Shown here: piece after piece, positions 52,421-64,000 of the stretch
How positions within the stretch are numbered: position 1 is the first letter of the stretch
How the letters are laid out: each line of letters opens with the position of its first letter
Source: Octopus vulgaris
Lineage: Eukaryota
Length of the DNA: 64,000 nt
Assembly (NCBI GenBank): GCA_951406725.2
Contig: OX597814.1
Location: 215,822,001 to 215,886,000, forward strand
Reading direction: 5' to 3'
Program-made: the position numbers and the translations under genes
Notes under the pieces: model-generated
The model's input: only the letters and a program-made list of their open reading frames with translations
What the model was told of the DNA's origin: nothing
Database searches by the model: none

Positions 52421-53399
52421 TCAGTTGGTCCAGTATCTTTATCAAAATATTGCTCCAGAATTAAGTACTGATTTGCAGTTCATTCACCTTCATCCCAAGC
52501 ATTATTATTATTATTATCAGACAAAATGAAGAATGCGTCGAACCTCAAGGGTATACCCTGGCACTTGCCACTATCTGTATCTCTCTCTTCCTTTACTCAA
52601 CCATCCCATCTATATTCTGATCCCCATTCCTTATGAGTATCCCTGACATTTTACTCCATATCTATCCTGCTATCTCCCATACTCTCGCATTCTCCTTCAT
52701 TTCTCTCATGTTGCGTAACCATGTATTTCCTTTGCAGTACTTCCACTACAGCAAGACCCCTATTTCTCTCTCTTGCTCTCTCTCTCTCTCTCTGACCTTT
52801 CATCATCTGACACAAGATCATATCCTACAATTCCCTCACCCCTCTTGAAATTATTTTTTGTCTTGCAAGTACTTAGTGTCCGTGTCAGTGCAGGTGCCGC
52901 TTAAAAGCACCCAGTCCATGCTGTAAAGTTGTTGGTGTGCAGAAGGGCACCCAGATGTAAAAACCTTGCCAAAATTAACCTCACCTGTGCTTGTGCCACG
53001 TACAAATCACTAAGTCCACTCTGCTGAGTGGTTGATATTAGGAAGGGCATCAGGCTGTAAAAATCCTGCCAAAACAGACACAGAAGTGCCTGGCTAGCTC
53101 CTGTCAAACCGTCCCAACCATTCTAGCATGGAACATGGATGTCAAACAATGATGATGATTTTATTAGTTTGATCAATATTTCAACTGTTTGCTTCTCTTT
53201 GTCAAGTTCTAATGAAAACGTGATGAATAGAAATTTAAAAATTGTAGAAATTCAAATTCAAAAGTTGGAACGAGGAGATCCTGCATTCCCAGTTTGACAA
53301 AATGATGTCATCAGTCTTCAATTTTCAATTGTATAACTGGCTAAAAGAAAGAAAAACAACAAGAGAAAAAAGAAAAAGGAGAAGAATATATAGTCAGTT

Positions 53400-54300
53400 T
53401 TGTGTGAATATTATGAAATTCCTCTGTCATTTTATTCATCCCTTCATGGTGTAGATGTTAATAACTCACAAAACATATCTGTCCCTGTGCATTTTGAGGA
53501 CTGAAAGTGTAGCAGATTCAGAATATTTTCTGAGAATATGCACTTTCAATTTTTTTTTGAAAATTGCAGCCATTTGATGTAAAATGTTCAGCAAGTTCTG
53601 TTGAATTTTTATCATGCCTGACATCATATCTGTGCCCATGAAGTCTTTTGTTTAATTGTTCTGTTGTACAACCAACATAAATCATGTTGTGTTTCATGTA
53701 TTCTGCCACATACACCAAATTTGGATCTCTACATGTCCCACCTTCTGAATAAATCATAACATTTCTGTTATGATTCCTGATGGAATTCACTTGACTCATG
53801 TTGTTGCACAATGAACAGGGCTTAACTCTCTCGCGACTGTTTTTCAAGATATGATGTTCAGAAAGTCCAGTGTTAGAGTTCTTGGAATTAAAGCTAGTGG
53901 TTAATATTTATCTTATATTCTTAATACATTTGTTCCTTTCCCGAAAGGAAAGGATTTTCAATTGCCTGCGTAAACCACAGAAGTCATTCACTTTCTATCA
54001 CCCTCCTAGAAAGATGACTAAAAGTTATGAGTTCCTCACATGAACATTCTAAACCATTTTTATCACGGAATAGGTTCCATATTTTAAGTGAAGAATTTGA
54101 GCAAAACCCAAAAAGTAGTCACAGATCTAATGAAAGTGAAACTCTGAAAAGCACTCTCCCAAGAAAATCCATCATACGAGTGAATAAATTTATCTAAACT
54201 AAACCTTTCACCAGACGATGTCCCTGTCTTGGTGCTGGGATTGAGTTTCTGCCCAAAGACTAAGAATTTTGACAAGAATAAAATCCAGCTCAAGGGCTAT
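53400..54300 (-). mobile_element. Penelope-like element remnant (GIY-YIG)
   Basis: ORF 53518-53847 reads CSLC..NLVYVAE..IYVGCTTEQLNKRLHGHRYD..ELAEHF. Orientation of the 54084-54300 part is uncertain. Confidence 0.75.
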
Positions 54301-54384
54301 CCACTGTCACAAGCTGAAGGAATGTTTTTTTATAACATACAAGCAGCGATACTTGGTATTGCTCGGGATTAAAATGGCATAGTT

Positions 54385-54680
54385 TTTGCTGTTTTACTTG
54401 TTTCAGTCATGTGAATGGCCATGCTGTAGCACCACCTTTAGTAAAAAAAAAACAGACCCAAGGATTTATTCTTTCTAAGCATAGTACTTATTCTGTTGCT
54501 GTCTTTTGCCGAACTGCTAAGTTACAGGGACCTGAACACAACAACATCATTTGTCAAGCAATGGTGGGGCTACAAACACAGATATACACACAAATATACA
54601 TATCTATACGACAGTCTTCTTTCAGTTTCCATGTGCAAAATCCACTCGCAAGGTTTCGTTGGTCTGAGGCCATGATATAT
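54385..54680 (-). mobile_element. SINE with CR1-like 3' tail
   Basis: Tail ttttacttgtttcag..ggccatgctg.agcacc matches 34103-34149. Head-proximal domain ttcagtttcc..aaatccactc.caagg at 54620-54670. Confidence 0.7.
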
Positions 54681-54779
54681 GCAAGCACACACACACACAC
54701 ACACACACCCATATATATATATATATATATATAGCAAACCAAAGAGTCCCCATTCACTACACCAGCAGTACACTTTCAA

Positions 54780-57650
54780 ACAGCATGCTTAAGTTCTTCA
54801 TGCTGAATACATGCTCTCTCAAAAGTGTTGACCCCCATCCTTAACCTGCTTCCTCCATCCGTGGTGATGACAGTCATTGCTCTCTCAGTCAGTCTCCTAT
54901 TTATCACAGGTTTTTAACGAGGACTTTACACAGTCCTTAAATTGTAGCCTTGGTTTCTACCGAGGTCTCTTTCCATTCACAAGTTCCCCATATAGCATCT
55001 GCTTAGGGATCCTGCAATCCTTCATTCTAATAAGGTGTCCAGTCCAACATAACTGCCGCTTGTATACCATTGCCTCAATACTCAAGATATCAACTGTCCT
55101 CATGACCAGTGTGTCTGTAGTTTTTAAGGTCCAGCCAACATTCAGAATATGTTTGAGATATATCTGATGAAAGTGTTCAAGTACCCTTACATGACATTTG
55201 TACAGAGTCCATGTCTCGTGAGTAAAGCAGTGATGTTAGTACACATGCCTTGTAATTCCATGCTGGGACCAGACACAGGACTGAGGAGACCAGAAGGAAT
55301 CAGTTGTTCTCTGCAGCCTAAAAGATATTTCAGGCAGACAAATTTATTTACCACGTTCAGAATTGTTCCTTCAACCAATATATCTGGTTCCACACATGGA
55401 TTACCTGGTGCAGGCTGCAACATTACAACAACCTTGTCCAGTCTAATACTGAATCCAAGTGCCTTGCAACAAGCAGAATTACGATTCATAAGTATTTGTA
55501 TGTCATTCACTGTATGAGTGACTAAGTCACAGTCATTTGCATAATGGAGGTCATGAATAAGAGACAGGAAAACGTTTCAGTTGGGGCAAGGATGTCACCC
55601 TGCTTGACACCATTCTCTACAGGAAGGGGTCCCACCATGTCAGCACCAACATTGACCCAAGCCTTCATCCCATCATGAAATTATTTAATTATAGATACAA
55701 AGTGATCTAGACATCCAAGTTTGCCAAGTATTTTCAATAGAAAAGCCCTATTTACAGTATCAAAGGCCTTTGTTGAATCAATGAATACCTGGAGAAGATC
55801 CATATTCTGCTCATAGCACTCCTCCTGCATCTGTAGTGCTGTAAAAATCATATCTATTGTCCCTCTACCAGATCAGAAGCCACATTGAGATTCAGATAGG
55901 ACATCATTTACGAGACACCCATTCAGGCGGGTAAGAAGAATATTTGCCAGAAACTTGCCAGCAGCTCATAGCAGAGCAAAACCTCTGTAGTAACCACACA
56001 TTGTTCTGGTTCCTTTTACTATATAGAGAGGAAGAATAATCGCATGCCTTCCAGTCCTTAGGCATTGCACCATCCCTCCAGACTGCACTAATAAGTTCAT
56101 GAAGGGACTGTGTGATGTAATCACCACCAAATTGCAAGACCTCAGCACAAATTCCATCCTTTCCAGGTGCCCTACCAATATTCAGTTTACTTATTGATGT
56201 CATTACTTCAACTATTGAGGGTGTGGAATTTAAGGAGCCAATGATGGGTCTTTCTTGCATAGTATCAATCACTGTTACATCCACAACTGACTCATGGTTT
56301 AGGAGTTCAGAGAAGTGTTTGATCCAGCAACCTGTGATTTCTGTTGATTTAGTAAATAGAGTGGAAGACTCCTTGGAAAGGAAAGGGGATGATGTGGAGC
56401 TCTTAGGCCCATAAACATGCTTCATAAGATGGTAAAGCTTCTTGCTGTCATTTGCATCAGCATGAACATCACAAGCAAGATCCTCCCACCAAGTGTTCTG
56501 CATCTTCCTGAGAGACTGCTGCAGTAGTGATTTTACACTGCTACAGTGGGCAAGTGCTAGATTTCACTGAACATCTGGAAGTCCTCTGCGTAACAATACA
56601 CTGTAGGTATGGCACTTTACCACCAATAGTCGCTGAACTTCAGCATCATTTTCATGAAACCAGTCTCTGTGTCAGGCAGTAGAATATTCCAGTGTTTCAG
56701 CAGCACATTGAAGAATATGGTCTCGAAAACCTTCCCATGCTGCAGTATTTTCAATGCTGGAACAAGCGAGTCTGAAGCTTTTTCCTCAACATCACACCAT
56801 TATATATCTTGTGTACATTCAGATGCCAAGGAATGCTGAATGGTCCTCTTCTCTCTTTCACTCTAATCATCATCCAAAACTTTGCTCACACCAGACTGTG
56901 ATCTGTCAGGCATTCCATTTCATGAAAGGACGTGGCATTACAAATGTCATTGATGTCACGCTTGCAGGTGATGAAATAATCCTATCGGTGCCAAACTTTA
57001 GACCTTGGATGCATCCACGTTGTTGTGTGATCTCCTTTGTGCAAAAAGTGACTGCTTGCGATGTAAAGTCCATGTTTATCGCAAAGTCCAGCAGCATGAG
57101 ACCATTGCTATTCATTTTCCCTACTCCAAAATGCTCTAGAGAGTTCCATGTTTGCCGGTCTGTTCCAACCATGGCTTTGAAATCTCCCAATAGAATGACT
57201 CAGAATTGAGGATTTTCCTAAGTATGGCTCTCAGCTGGGTATAAAAAATAGCTTTATCTTCATTGCAACTTGTCAAAGCAAGTGCTTAGGCATTTACTAG
57301 AGTAGCAAACCACCCACCTTTCAGGTGCAATCTTACAGTCATTAGACGTTCATTTATAGGAACAGGAAGCACCTCCAACTTCTTCAGGATATCAGATCGA
57401 ACTGCTAAGCCAACACCAGCCTTTTTGTGCCCCTTTCTGCCTCCCCTCCAAAAAAGGTGTATCCACTTCCTACTTCCTCAGGTTGACCACCACCTTCCAT
57501 ACAAGCCTCTGAAAGTGCAGCTATATCAATGTTATAATGGTTCAACTCACGAGCAACAAGTGTAGTGCATATTTTCAGGCCTCCAATCAGTCTTCTTATC
57601 CAACAGAATGCACACATTCCAACATGAAATGTTCAAGTTCCAACCAGATT
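54780..57650 (-). mobile_element. Decayed RTE/BovB-like LINE (second family)
   Basis: APE ARELNHYNIDIAALSE and GDFKA..GKMNSNG. RAPGKDGICAE, plus RT remnants (ESQCGFRSGRGTIDMIF, FIDSTKAFDTV) with many stops. Confidence 0.85.
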
Positions 57651-58045
57651 TTGTAAATAAAAGTTTCTTTGTTTTTCGAGCACAGGGTGGACATACAGAA
57701 TACATTCCCTCACTTTAATTCTCCTATTCCTTCCTTCTCCTACCTTGATTCAACCCTTGAACTTTTTCAACGGACAATTTCTCCTGCTTTCATCCAATCC
57801 GGCGACAACCCCTATAAATAGACATTATTTATCATTATCTTAATGAGCTCCTAGAGAGCAGTCATCGAAAAACTTGTTGTGCATTTTGTTGGGTAATCAA
57901 ATTCCTGGATTTTCCTGAAGAGAAAGCTGCATAATGGACTCCTTATTCATTCGGAATTAGTGACTTTGCAGACTTCGAAATATATGTCGAAAATAAAATA
58001 AAGGAATTTTGTTAAATCTTCGTTCAGCTCCATTCTTTCCTATAC

Positions 58046-58120
58046 TATGTATATATATATGTATATGTATATATATGTATATGTATATATATGTATATGT
58101 ATGTATATGTATATATATGT
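58046..58120. repeat. (TATATG)n/(TA)n microsatellite
   Basis: Directly visible. Confidence 0.9.
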
Positions 58121-61100
58121 ATCATCATCATCGTTTAACGTCCATTCTCCATGCTAGCATGGGTTGGATGGTTCAACCTGGGATGTGGGAAGCCAGAAGG
58201 CTGCACCAGGCTCCAGTCTTATCTGGCAATGTTTCTACAGCTGGATGCCCTTCTTAACGCCAACCACTCCGTGAGTGTAGTGGGTGCTTTTTACGTGCCA
58301 CCTGCACAGGTGCCAGGCGAGGCTGGCAACGGCCATGGTTGGATCGATACACTTTACATGCCACCGGCACAGAAGCCAGTCGAGGCGGCACTGGCATTCA
58401 GCCACAATTTGGATGGTGCTTTTTATGTGCCACCGGCACGGAAGCAAGTCAAGGCGGCGCTGGCATCGGCCACGATTCGGATAGTGCTTTTTACGTACCA
58501 CCAGTCCAGAGGTCCTGGCATCTGCCGGGTGCCAGTCATAGGATTGATTCAATTTCGATTCCGATTTCGATTTTAATTTCACTTGCCCCAACAGGTCTTC
58601 GCAAGCAAAGGGGGGTTGGCATGGGAGCCTGTCGTCGGATGAGGTTCGATATCAACTTCGATTGCCTCAACAGGTCTTTGTGTGTCCAAGGGAGGAAAGG
58701 CATGCATAAGTGGGCTGCACAGCATATTTCCAAAGGTCTCGGTCGCTGGTCATTTCCTCAGTGAGGCCTATAGTTCAAAGGTCGTGCTTCACCACCTCGT
58801 CCCAGGTTTTCCTGAGTCTACCCCTTCCACGGGTTCCCTCAACTGCTAGGGATTGACACTTTTTCACACACCTATCTTCATCCATTCTCGGCACATGACC
58901 ATACCAGCGCAATCGTCTCTCCTGCACACCACAACTGATGCTTCTTAGGTCCAACATTTCTCTCAAGGTACTAACGCTCTGTCGAGTATGCACACTGACA
59001 TTACACATCCATCGGAGCATACTGGCTTCATTCCTCGCGAGCTTACGCATGTCCTCAGCAGTCACGGCCCATGTTTCACTGCCATGTAGCATGGCTGTTC
59101 GTACACATGCATCATACAGTCTGCCTTTTACTCTGAGCGAGAGCCCTTTAGTCACCAGCAGAGGTAAGAGCTCCTTAAACTTTGCCCAGGCTATTCTTAC
59201 TCTAGCAGTTACACTTTCAACGCACCCACCCCCACTACTGACTTGGTCACCTAGATAACGGAAGCTATCAACTACTTCTAGGTTTTCCCCCTGGAAAGTA
59301 ACGGAAGTTGTTTTCTGCAGATTTTCAGAGTTTATTGCTCCTGAGCATCTGCCACATACAAAAACTATCTTCCCAGTTAGCCTTCCTTTGACATTGCTGC
59401 ACCTCTTATGTGTCCATAGCTTACACTGGGTACATCTTATAGAGTTTCTACCTACACCTTTTCTACAGATTGAGCAGGGCCATCTTCCTGAAGACATTTG
59501 TGATTTGTCTACCTTCCTACTTATTAGGACTTTGGTTTTAGCTAGATTGACTCTAAGGCCCCTCGATTCTAAACCCTCCTTCCACACCTGGAACTTCTCC
59601 TCCAGTTCTGATAGTGACTCAGCAATTAGAGCAAGATCGTCAGCATAGAGGAGCTTCCAGGGGCAACCTGTCTTGAATTCCTCCGTAATTGCCTGGAGGA
59701 CTATGATAAATAGGAGGGGGCTGAGTACTGAACCCTGGTGGACTCCAACCTCTACTTTGAATTCTTCTGTGTACATGTTGCCAACCCTAACCTTACTTAC
59801 GGCATCCCTGTACATGGCTTGCACAGCCCTCACCAGCCATTCATCTATCCCTAGTTTCCTCATTGACCAGCAGATAAGGGATCGGGGGCCCTGTCAAAGG
59901 CTTTCTCCATGTCAACGAAAGCCAGGTACAGGGGCTTATCTTTGGCTAGGTATTTCTCCTGCAGCTGTCTCACCAGAAATATGGCATTAGTGGTGCTTTT
60001 CCCTGGCATGAAACCAAACTGCATCTCATCCAAGTTGACTCTCTCCTTAATTAGTTGGGCTATGACCCTCTCTGTAACCTTCCTTACCTGATCCAACAGC
60101 TTGATACCTCTGTAATTATTTGTACCTAGGTCGTCTCCTTTACCTTTATAGCAGTTGACTAGTATGCTGCTACACCAGTCATTGAGTATGACTCCTTCGT
60201 GTATCACCTGGTTAACTATACGGGTGACTAGGTTATAGCCGACACTGCCTGATATTTGGAGCATCTCTGCAGTAATTCCTGATGGGCCTGGGGCTTTCCC
60301 TGTCGTCATGCTTCTAATTGCCTTAACTACCAAAGAATTGTTAACTTGGATGGCTAGTCCCTCTGTTGGGTTGACAATCGGCAGACTCTCTTTATCCCAT
60401 TCATTTTCTTTATTCAGCAACCTTTCATAGTGGCATCTCCAAACCTCTCTCTTTGCATCCTCATTTAGCGCAAGTGAACCATCATTCATGCGGACACATT
60501 TCTCTCCTACCACATCACGATTCTCTCTCACACACTGTCTTGCAACGCGAAATACCTCAAGTCTTTCATCCTCATGGTGCAGAACATTGGCAAATTTTTT
60601 CTTATCCACTTCTCCTCTGGCTAAATAAACCTGTCTCCTAGCTTCCCTTCTTGCTGTCTGATACAATTCCCTGATACCACCGTTCTTCCAGTCCCTCCAA
60701 GCCTGTTTCTTTTGTCTAATAGCCCTGTCAACCACATTGTTCCACCACCACGTTACTCTAGTTCGAGATGGGACTTTGCTCCATCCACAGATCTGGTCAG
60801 TGGCTGTCAGCAGATTGTCCCATAGAAATCTCCAGTTGTCTTCCATTAAGTGAAAGTATATCCCCTTCTATTTCGTCAAAGGCTTCGAGTAGTATGTCTC
60901 TAAATCTCTGTCCATTTGCAGGATCTTTAAGCTCCCAGACCCTTCTCCTCCATGCTGGTCTTCTTCTGGGCAACCATTTAGCTCTGATCCTGAAGTCGCT
61001 AACTATTAATCTATGTTGAGGAGTACATTCTTCGCCTGGAAAGGTTTTGGCATTTATAAGCAGCCCTCTTTCCCTCTTTCTGGTGAGGATGTAGTCAATC

Positions 61101-61497
61101 TGGCTAGTGTCTGCCAGAACGGTAGGTGACTAGGTGAGAGGTGGGTTTCCTGAAGTTGGTATTGCAAACCATAAGGTCATTTGCATTGCAGAACTCCAGC
61201 AGCCTGGTTCCCTCCTCATTTCGAGAGCCAAAACCGTAGCCTCCATGAACGCCATGGAAGCCCCCGACATGCCGTCCAACATGTCCATTGAAATCACCTG
61301 CCACAAAGAGAAGGTCACTGTCATTTGTCAACGAGGTAGTCCGCAATAGGGTGTCGTAGAATTGGTCTTTCTGTCCTTCCGGTAGCCCTGGTTGAGGGGC
61401 ATATGCTGAAATGATGGTAGCTGACCTATGTTGAAGCACTAATCTAATCTTAAGTACTCTGTCACTTACTCTGACTACCTCGATTACCTTATCTCCT
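58121..61497 (-). mobile_element. RTE-clade LINE, best-preserved copy, 5'-truncated
   Basis: ORFs 61104-61439 (APE), 59860-60846 and 58775-59863 (RT with LYADD, PHD-like finger). (GAT)n tail. A few frameshifts and a 3' deletion at about 58715. Confidence 0.93.
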
Positions 61498-61833
61498 CGA
61501 TTATATGTATATGTATATATATGAAAATTCTAAATATACATAATTGAAAAAGAAAATAATACTTCAATAAATAAATACTATAAAATTAAATAAAAAACAC
61601 AAAGCTATTACAAGTCATTAAATTGTAACCAAAATAAGAAATGTTTCAAATATAGACAAACTCCTTACATAAGCTAATATAATAAATATACATGTGTAGT
61701 ATCTATAGATTTCATGTTACAAACTATAACAAAATAGACTAAATATCAAATAATATAATACCTAATTAACTTCAATTTAGTATTACAAATACAAATTCCT
61801 CTATATATCAATAAATAATATAATATATTGTAT

Positions 61834-61837
<4 letters not shown>

Positions 61838-61884
<47 letters not shown>
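61838..61884. repeat. (TA)n microsatellite
   Basis: Directly visible. Confidence 0.95.
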
Positions 61885-61888
<4 letters not shown>

Positions 61889-62039
61889 GCAAGAATAATA
61901 TGTTAATGGAAAGTAAGAAACCTATCAACCCCAAAGTAAAGAAAGGTGCTAAAATATTCAAACCAAAGAACAATACCCTATGAAGATGTACAATCACAAT
62001 CACCAGTCCTCTTCCAAACCAGTCAATTACATTAACAAT

Positions 62040-62520
62040 AATAAAAACGATCAAAGTCAAAATAATAGCAAGAACTAACTAATATTGATAAGCAAACTAA
62101 ATTACTAAGTTCAACGATTCTGGTTAATCTATCTAGATTTTAAAAGGATAAACATCTAATTAATCAACTCAATTAATTTCATTCATGAAAATACAATCAA
62201 AAGTTTGAAAAAGTACAAATACACTAAAATCCATTATATAAACTCGTTATATTAATATCCATGTATAAAATCTATAGATTTAATATATCACACGATAAAA
62301 AGTTAAACATAACTATTATACTAAAATAAAAACTAGTATATTTAAAAAAATTGTACTAATAGAAAATTAGAATTATATAAAAAGAAACTTTATAATTTCT
62401 TCAAAAGAAATGTTTTAAGTACTACTATATATAATGTGAAATATAATGTTAATTATTTAGATGTTAACATTAATTTAGTAACGGGTAAAACCCAACCATT
62501 CCATAAAATTACTGAAAATC
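62040..62520 (+). mobile_element. Highly decayed AT-rich Penelope-like RT remnant
   Basis: NVNYLDVNINLVTGKTQPFHK parallels gtcaattatttagatgtc in the element at about 40590, preceded by a lysine-rich RLELYKKKL segment. Confidence 0.5.
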
Positions 62521-62522
62521 TT

Positions 62523-64000
62523 AGACTTTGCACCATCCACAGATCTGGTTGGTGGCCCTTAGCAGGTTGTCCTGTAGGAACCTCCAGTTGTCTTCTATAT
62601 CATGTGAAGCTACATCCCCTTCTATTTAGTCAAAGGCTTCGATTAATATGTCTCTAAATCTCTGTCCATCTGCAGGATCTTTAAGTCTCCAGACCCTTCT
62701 TCTCCTTGCTGGTTGTCTTCTGGGCATCCATTTAGCCCTGATCCTGAAGTCACTAACTACTAGTCTATATTGTGGAGTACATTTTCACCTGGGAAGGTTT
62801 TGGCATTTATAAGCAGCCATCTTTCCCTTTTTCTGGTGAGGATGTAGTCAATCTGACTAGTGTGTCTGCCAGAGCGGTAGGTGACTAGGTGGCTGGCAGG
62901 TTTTCTGAAGTTAGTATTGCAAACCATAAGATCATTTTCATCACAGAACTCCAGCAGCCTGGTTCCCTCCTCATTGCAGGAGCCAAAACCGTAGCCTCAA
63001 CGTATACCATGGAAGCTCCTGACATGTTGTCCAACATGTCCATTGAAGTCGCCAGCCACAAAGAGAAGGTTCCTGTCATTCGTCAATGCGGTAATCTGCA
63101 AGAGGGTGTCATAAAATCGGTCTTTCTGTCCATCGGGTAGCCCTGGCTGAGGGGCATAGGCTGAGATAATGGTTGCTAACCCATGATGAAGCATTAATCT
63201 AATCTTAAGTATTCTGTCGCATCCTCTGACTACCTCAGTTACTTTATCTGCCCATTTATCCACAAGAAGTTTACCCACACCCCCAACCCCGTCAGTGTTC
63301 CTTGCCCAGAAAATCTTGTACCTGTGTTCTTTGCCTGTGAGGAACCTAGCAGAACCTCCTCTCCACCTTACTTCTTGGATGCAGCACATATCGACGCATC
63401 TCCATTCAAGCATCTCAACAATCTCACCAGACCTACCTTTCAGTGTGCAGACGTTGAGAGTGCCAACCCTGAGGGTGTGGGAGGTATGGGCCCTAGAGAC
63501 CCTGGGACGGGGGTTAGTGGCGTCATGTACCTGAAAAGGGAGCTCGCATTTGGCAGAATTCATAAGCAAACAATGATCTTAATAAGTTCAACCTGCTTAC
63601 ACTAAACTATCATGTTTTGCACTGTATTATCACTACCTTATATAGTAGGGGTGGTGTTGGCGTAAGGCCTTTAGGAGTTCATGGGAGACAAGCAAAGGAA
63701 GACGAGATAGGGACTTTCGGTACAGGTGGAAAGGGTGGGAGGGCTTAGGTACCTCCAGGAACTGGCAACCATGGGCTAGGAATTAAGAGACAGAAAAGGC
63801 CAACAGGTTGATAGGCAAATAGGGTAGGAATTAAATAGACAGAATGATAGCCGATAAGTGAGGGAGAAAGACAAGATGAGCGACAAAATTAAAGACGAAA
63901 GACTGTGTGATCGTGTGATAAATTTTCATGAGTGAAAGACTATGTTGCAAATTACGGAAGTGCGTGACCTAGGGTTTAAGACGAAAAGACATCAACAGTA
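62523..64000 (-). mobile_element. RTE-clade LINE 5' part (5' UTR and APE endonuclease)
   Basis: ORF 62997-63569 reads LRVGTLNV.TLKGRSGEIVEML..VDMCCIQEVRWRG..ISAYAPQ..AGDFNGHVG. Confidence 0.88.

Noticed and set aside
53200-53345. Possible upstream exon of the PARP gene, or a Penelope hammerhead (ctgatga..)
   Set aside because: All three frames hit stops soon after the AG, and no intact GAAA half of a hammerhead core is visible.
58775-61439. Active autonomous RTE
   Set aside because: Frameshifts, a stop at about 61104, 5' truncation and a 3' deletion. The 62523-63569 piece overlaps the same APE region, so it is a separate copy.

Overview
This is eukaryotic, AT-rich, repeat-dense genomic DNA. 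The tRNA/CORE-type SINEs and the dominant RTE LINE family resemble those of octopus (inference). One protein-coding gene crosses the window on the minus strand: a PARP14-like macro-PARP. I can assemble 12 exons with GT-AG boundaries and matching phases between 49909 and 11552 (3443 nt, about 1147 codons, no internal stops). They encode a long KH-like region, a MacroD-type macrodomain with hydrolase motifs intact, two near-identical reader-type macrodomains and the start of a further KH-like segment. The N-terminus and the expected WWE/ART domains were not found and presumably lie outside the window. The main result is that macrodomains 2 and 3 come from an intragenic tandem duplication of a phase-1/phase-1 four-exon cassette (137+228+228+55 nt). 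Its exons differ mostly by amino-acid-changing substitutions and are more diverged than some adjacent intron segments. The introns hold many elements, mostly decayed: several RTE LINEs with an embedded PHD-like finger, R4/Dong-like fragments, a HERO-like element, a CR1-like LINE, a Mag-like Gypsy LTR element with both LTRs and a TSD, Penelope-like elements including a Naiad-type one, a composite Helitron, a mariner remnant, SINEs, and mini- and microsatellites. All counts were made by eye and all family assignments come from motif recognition, not database searches.
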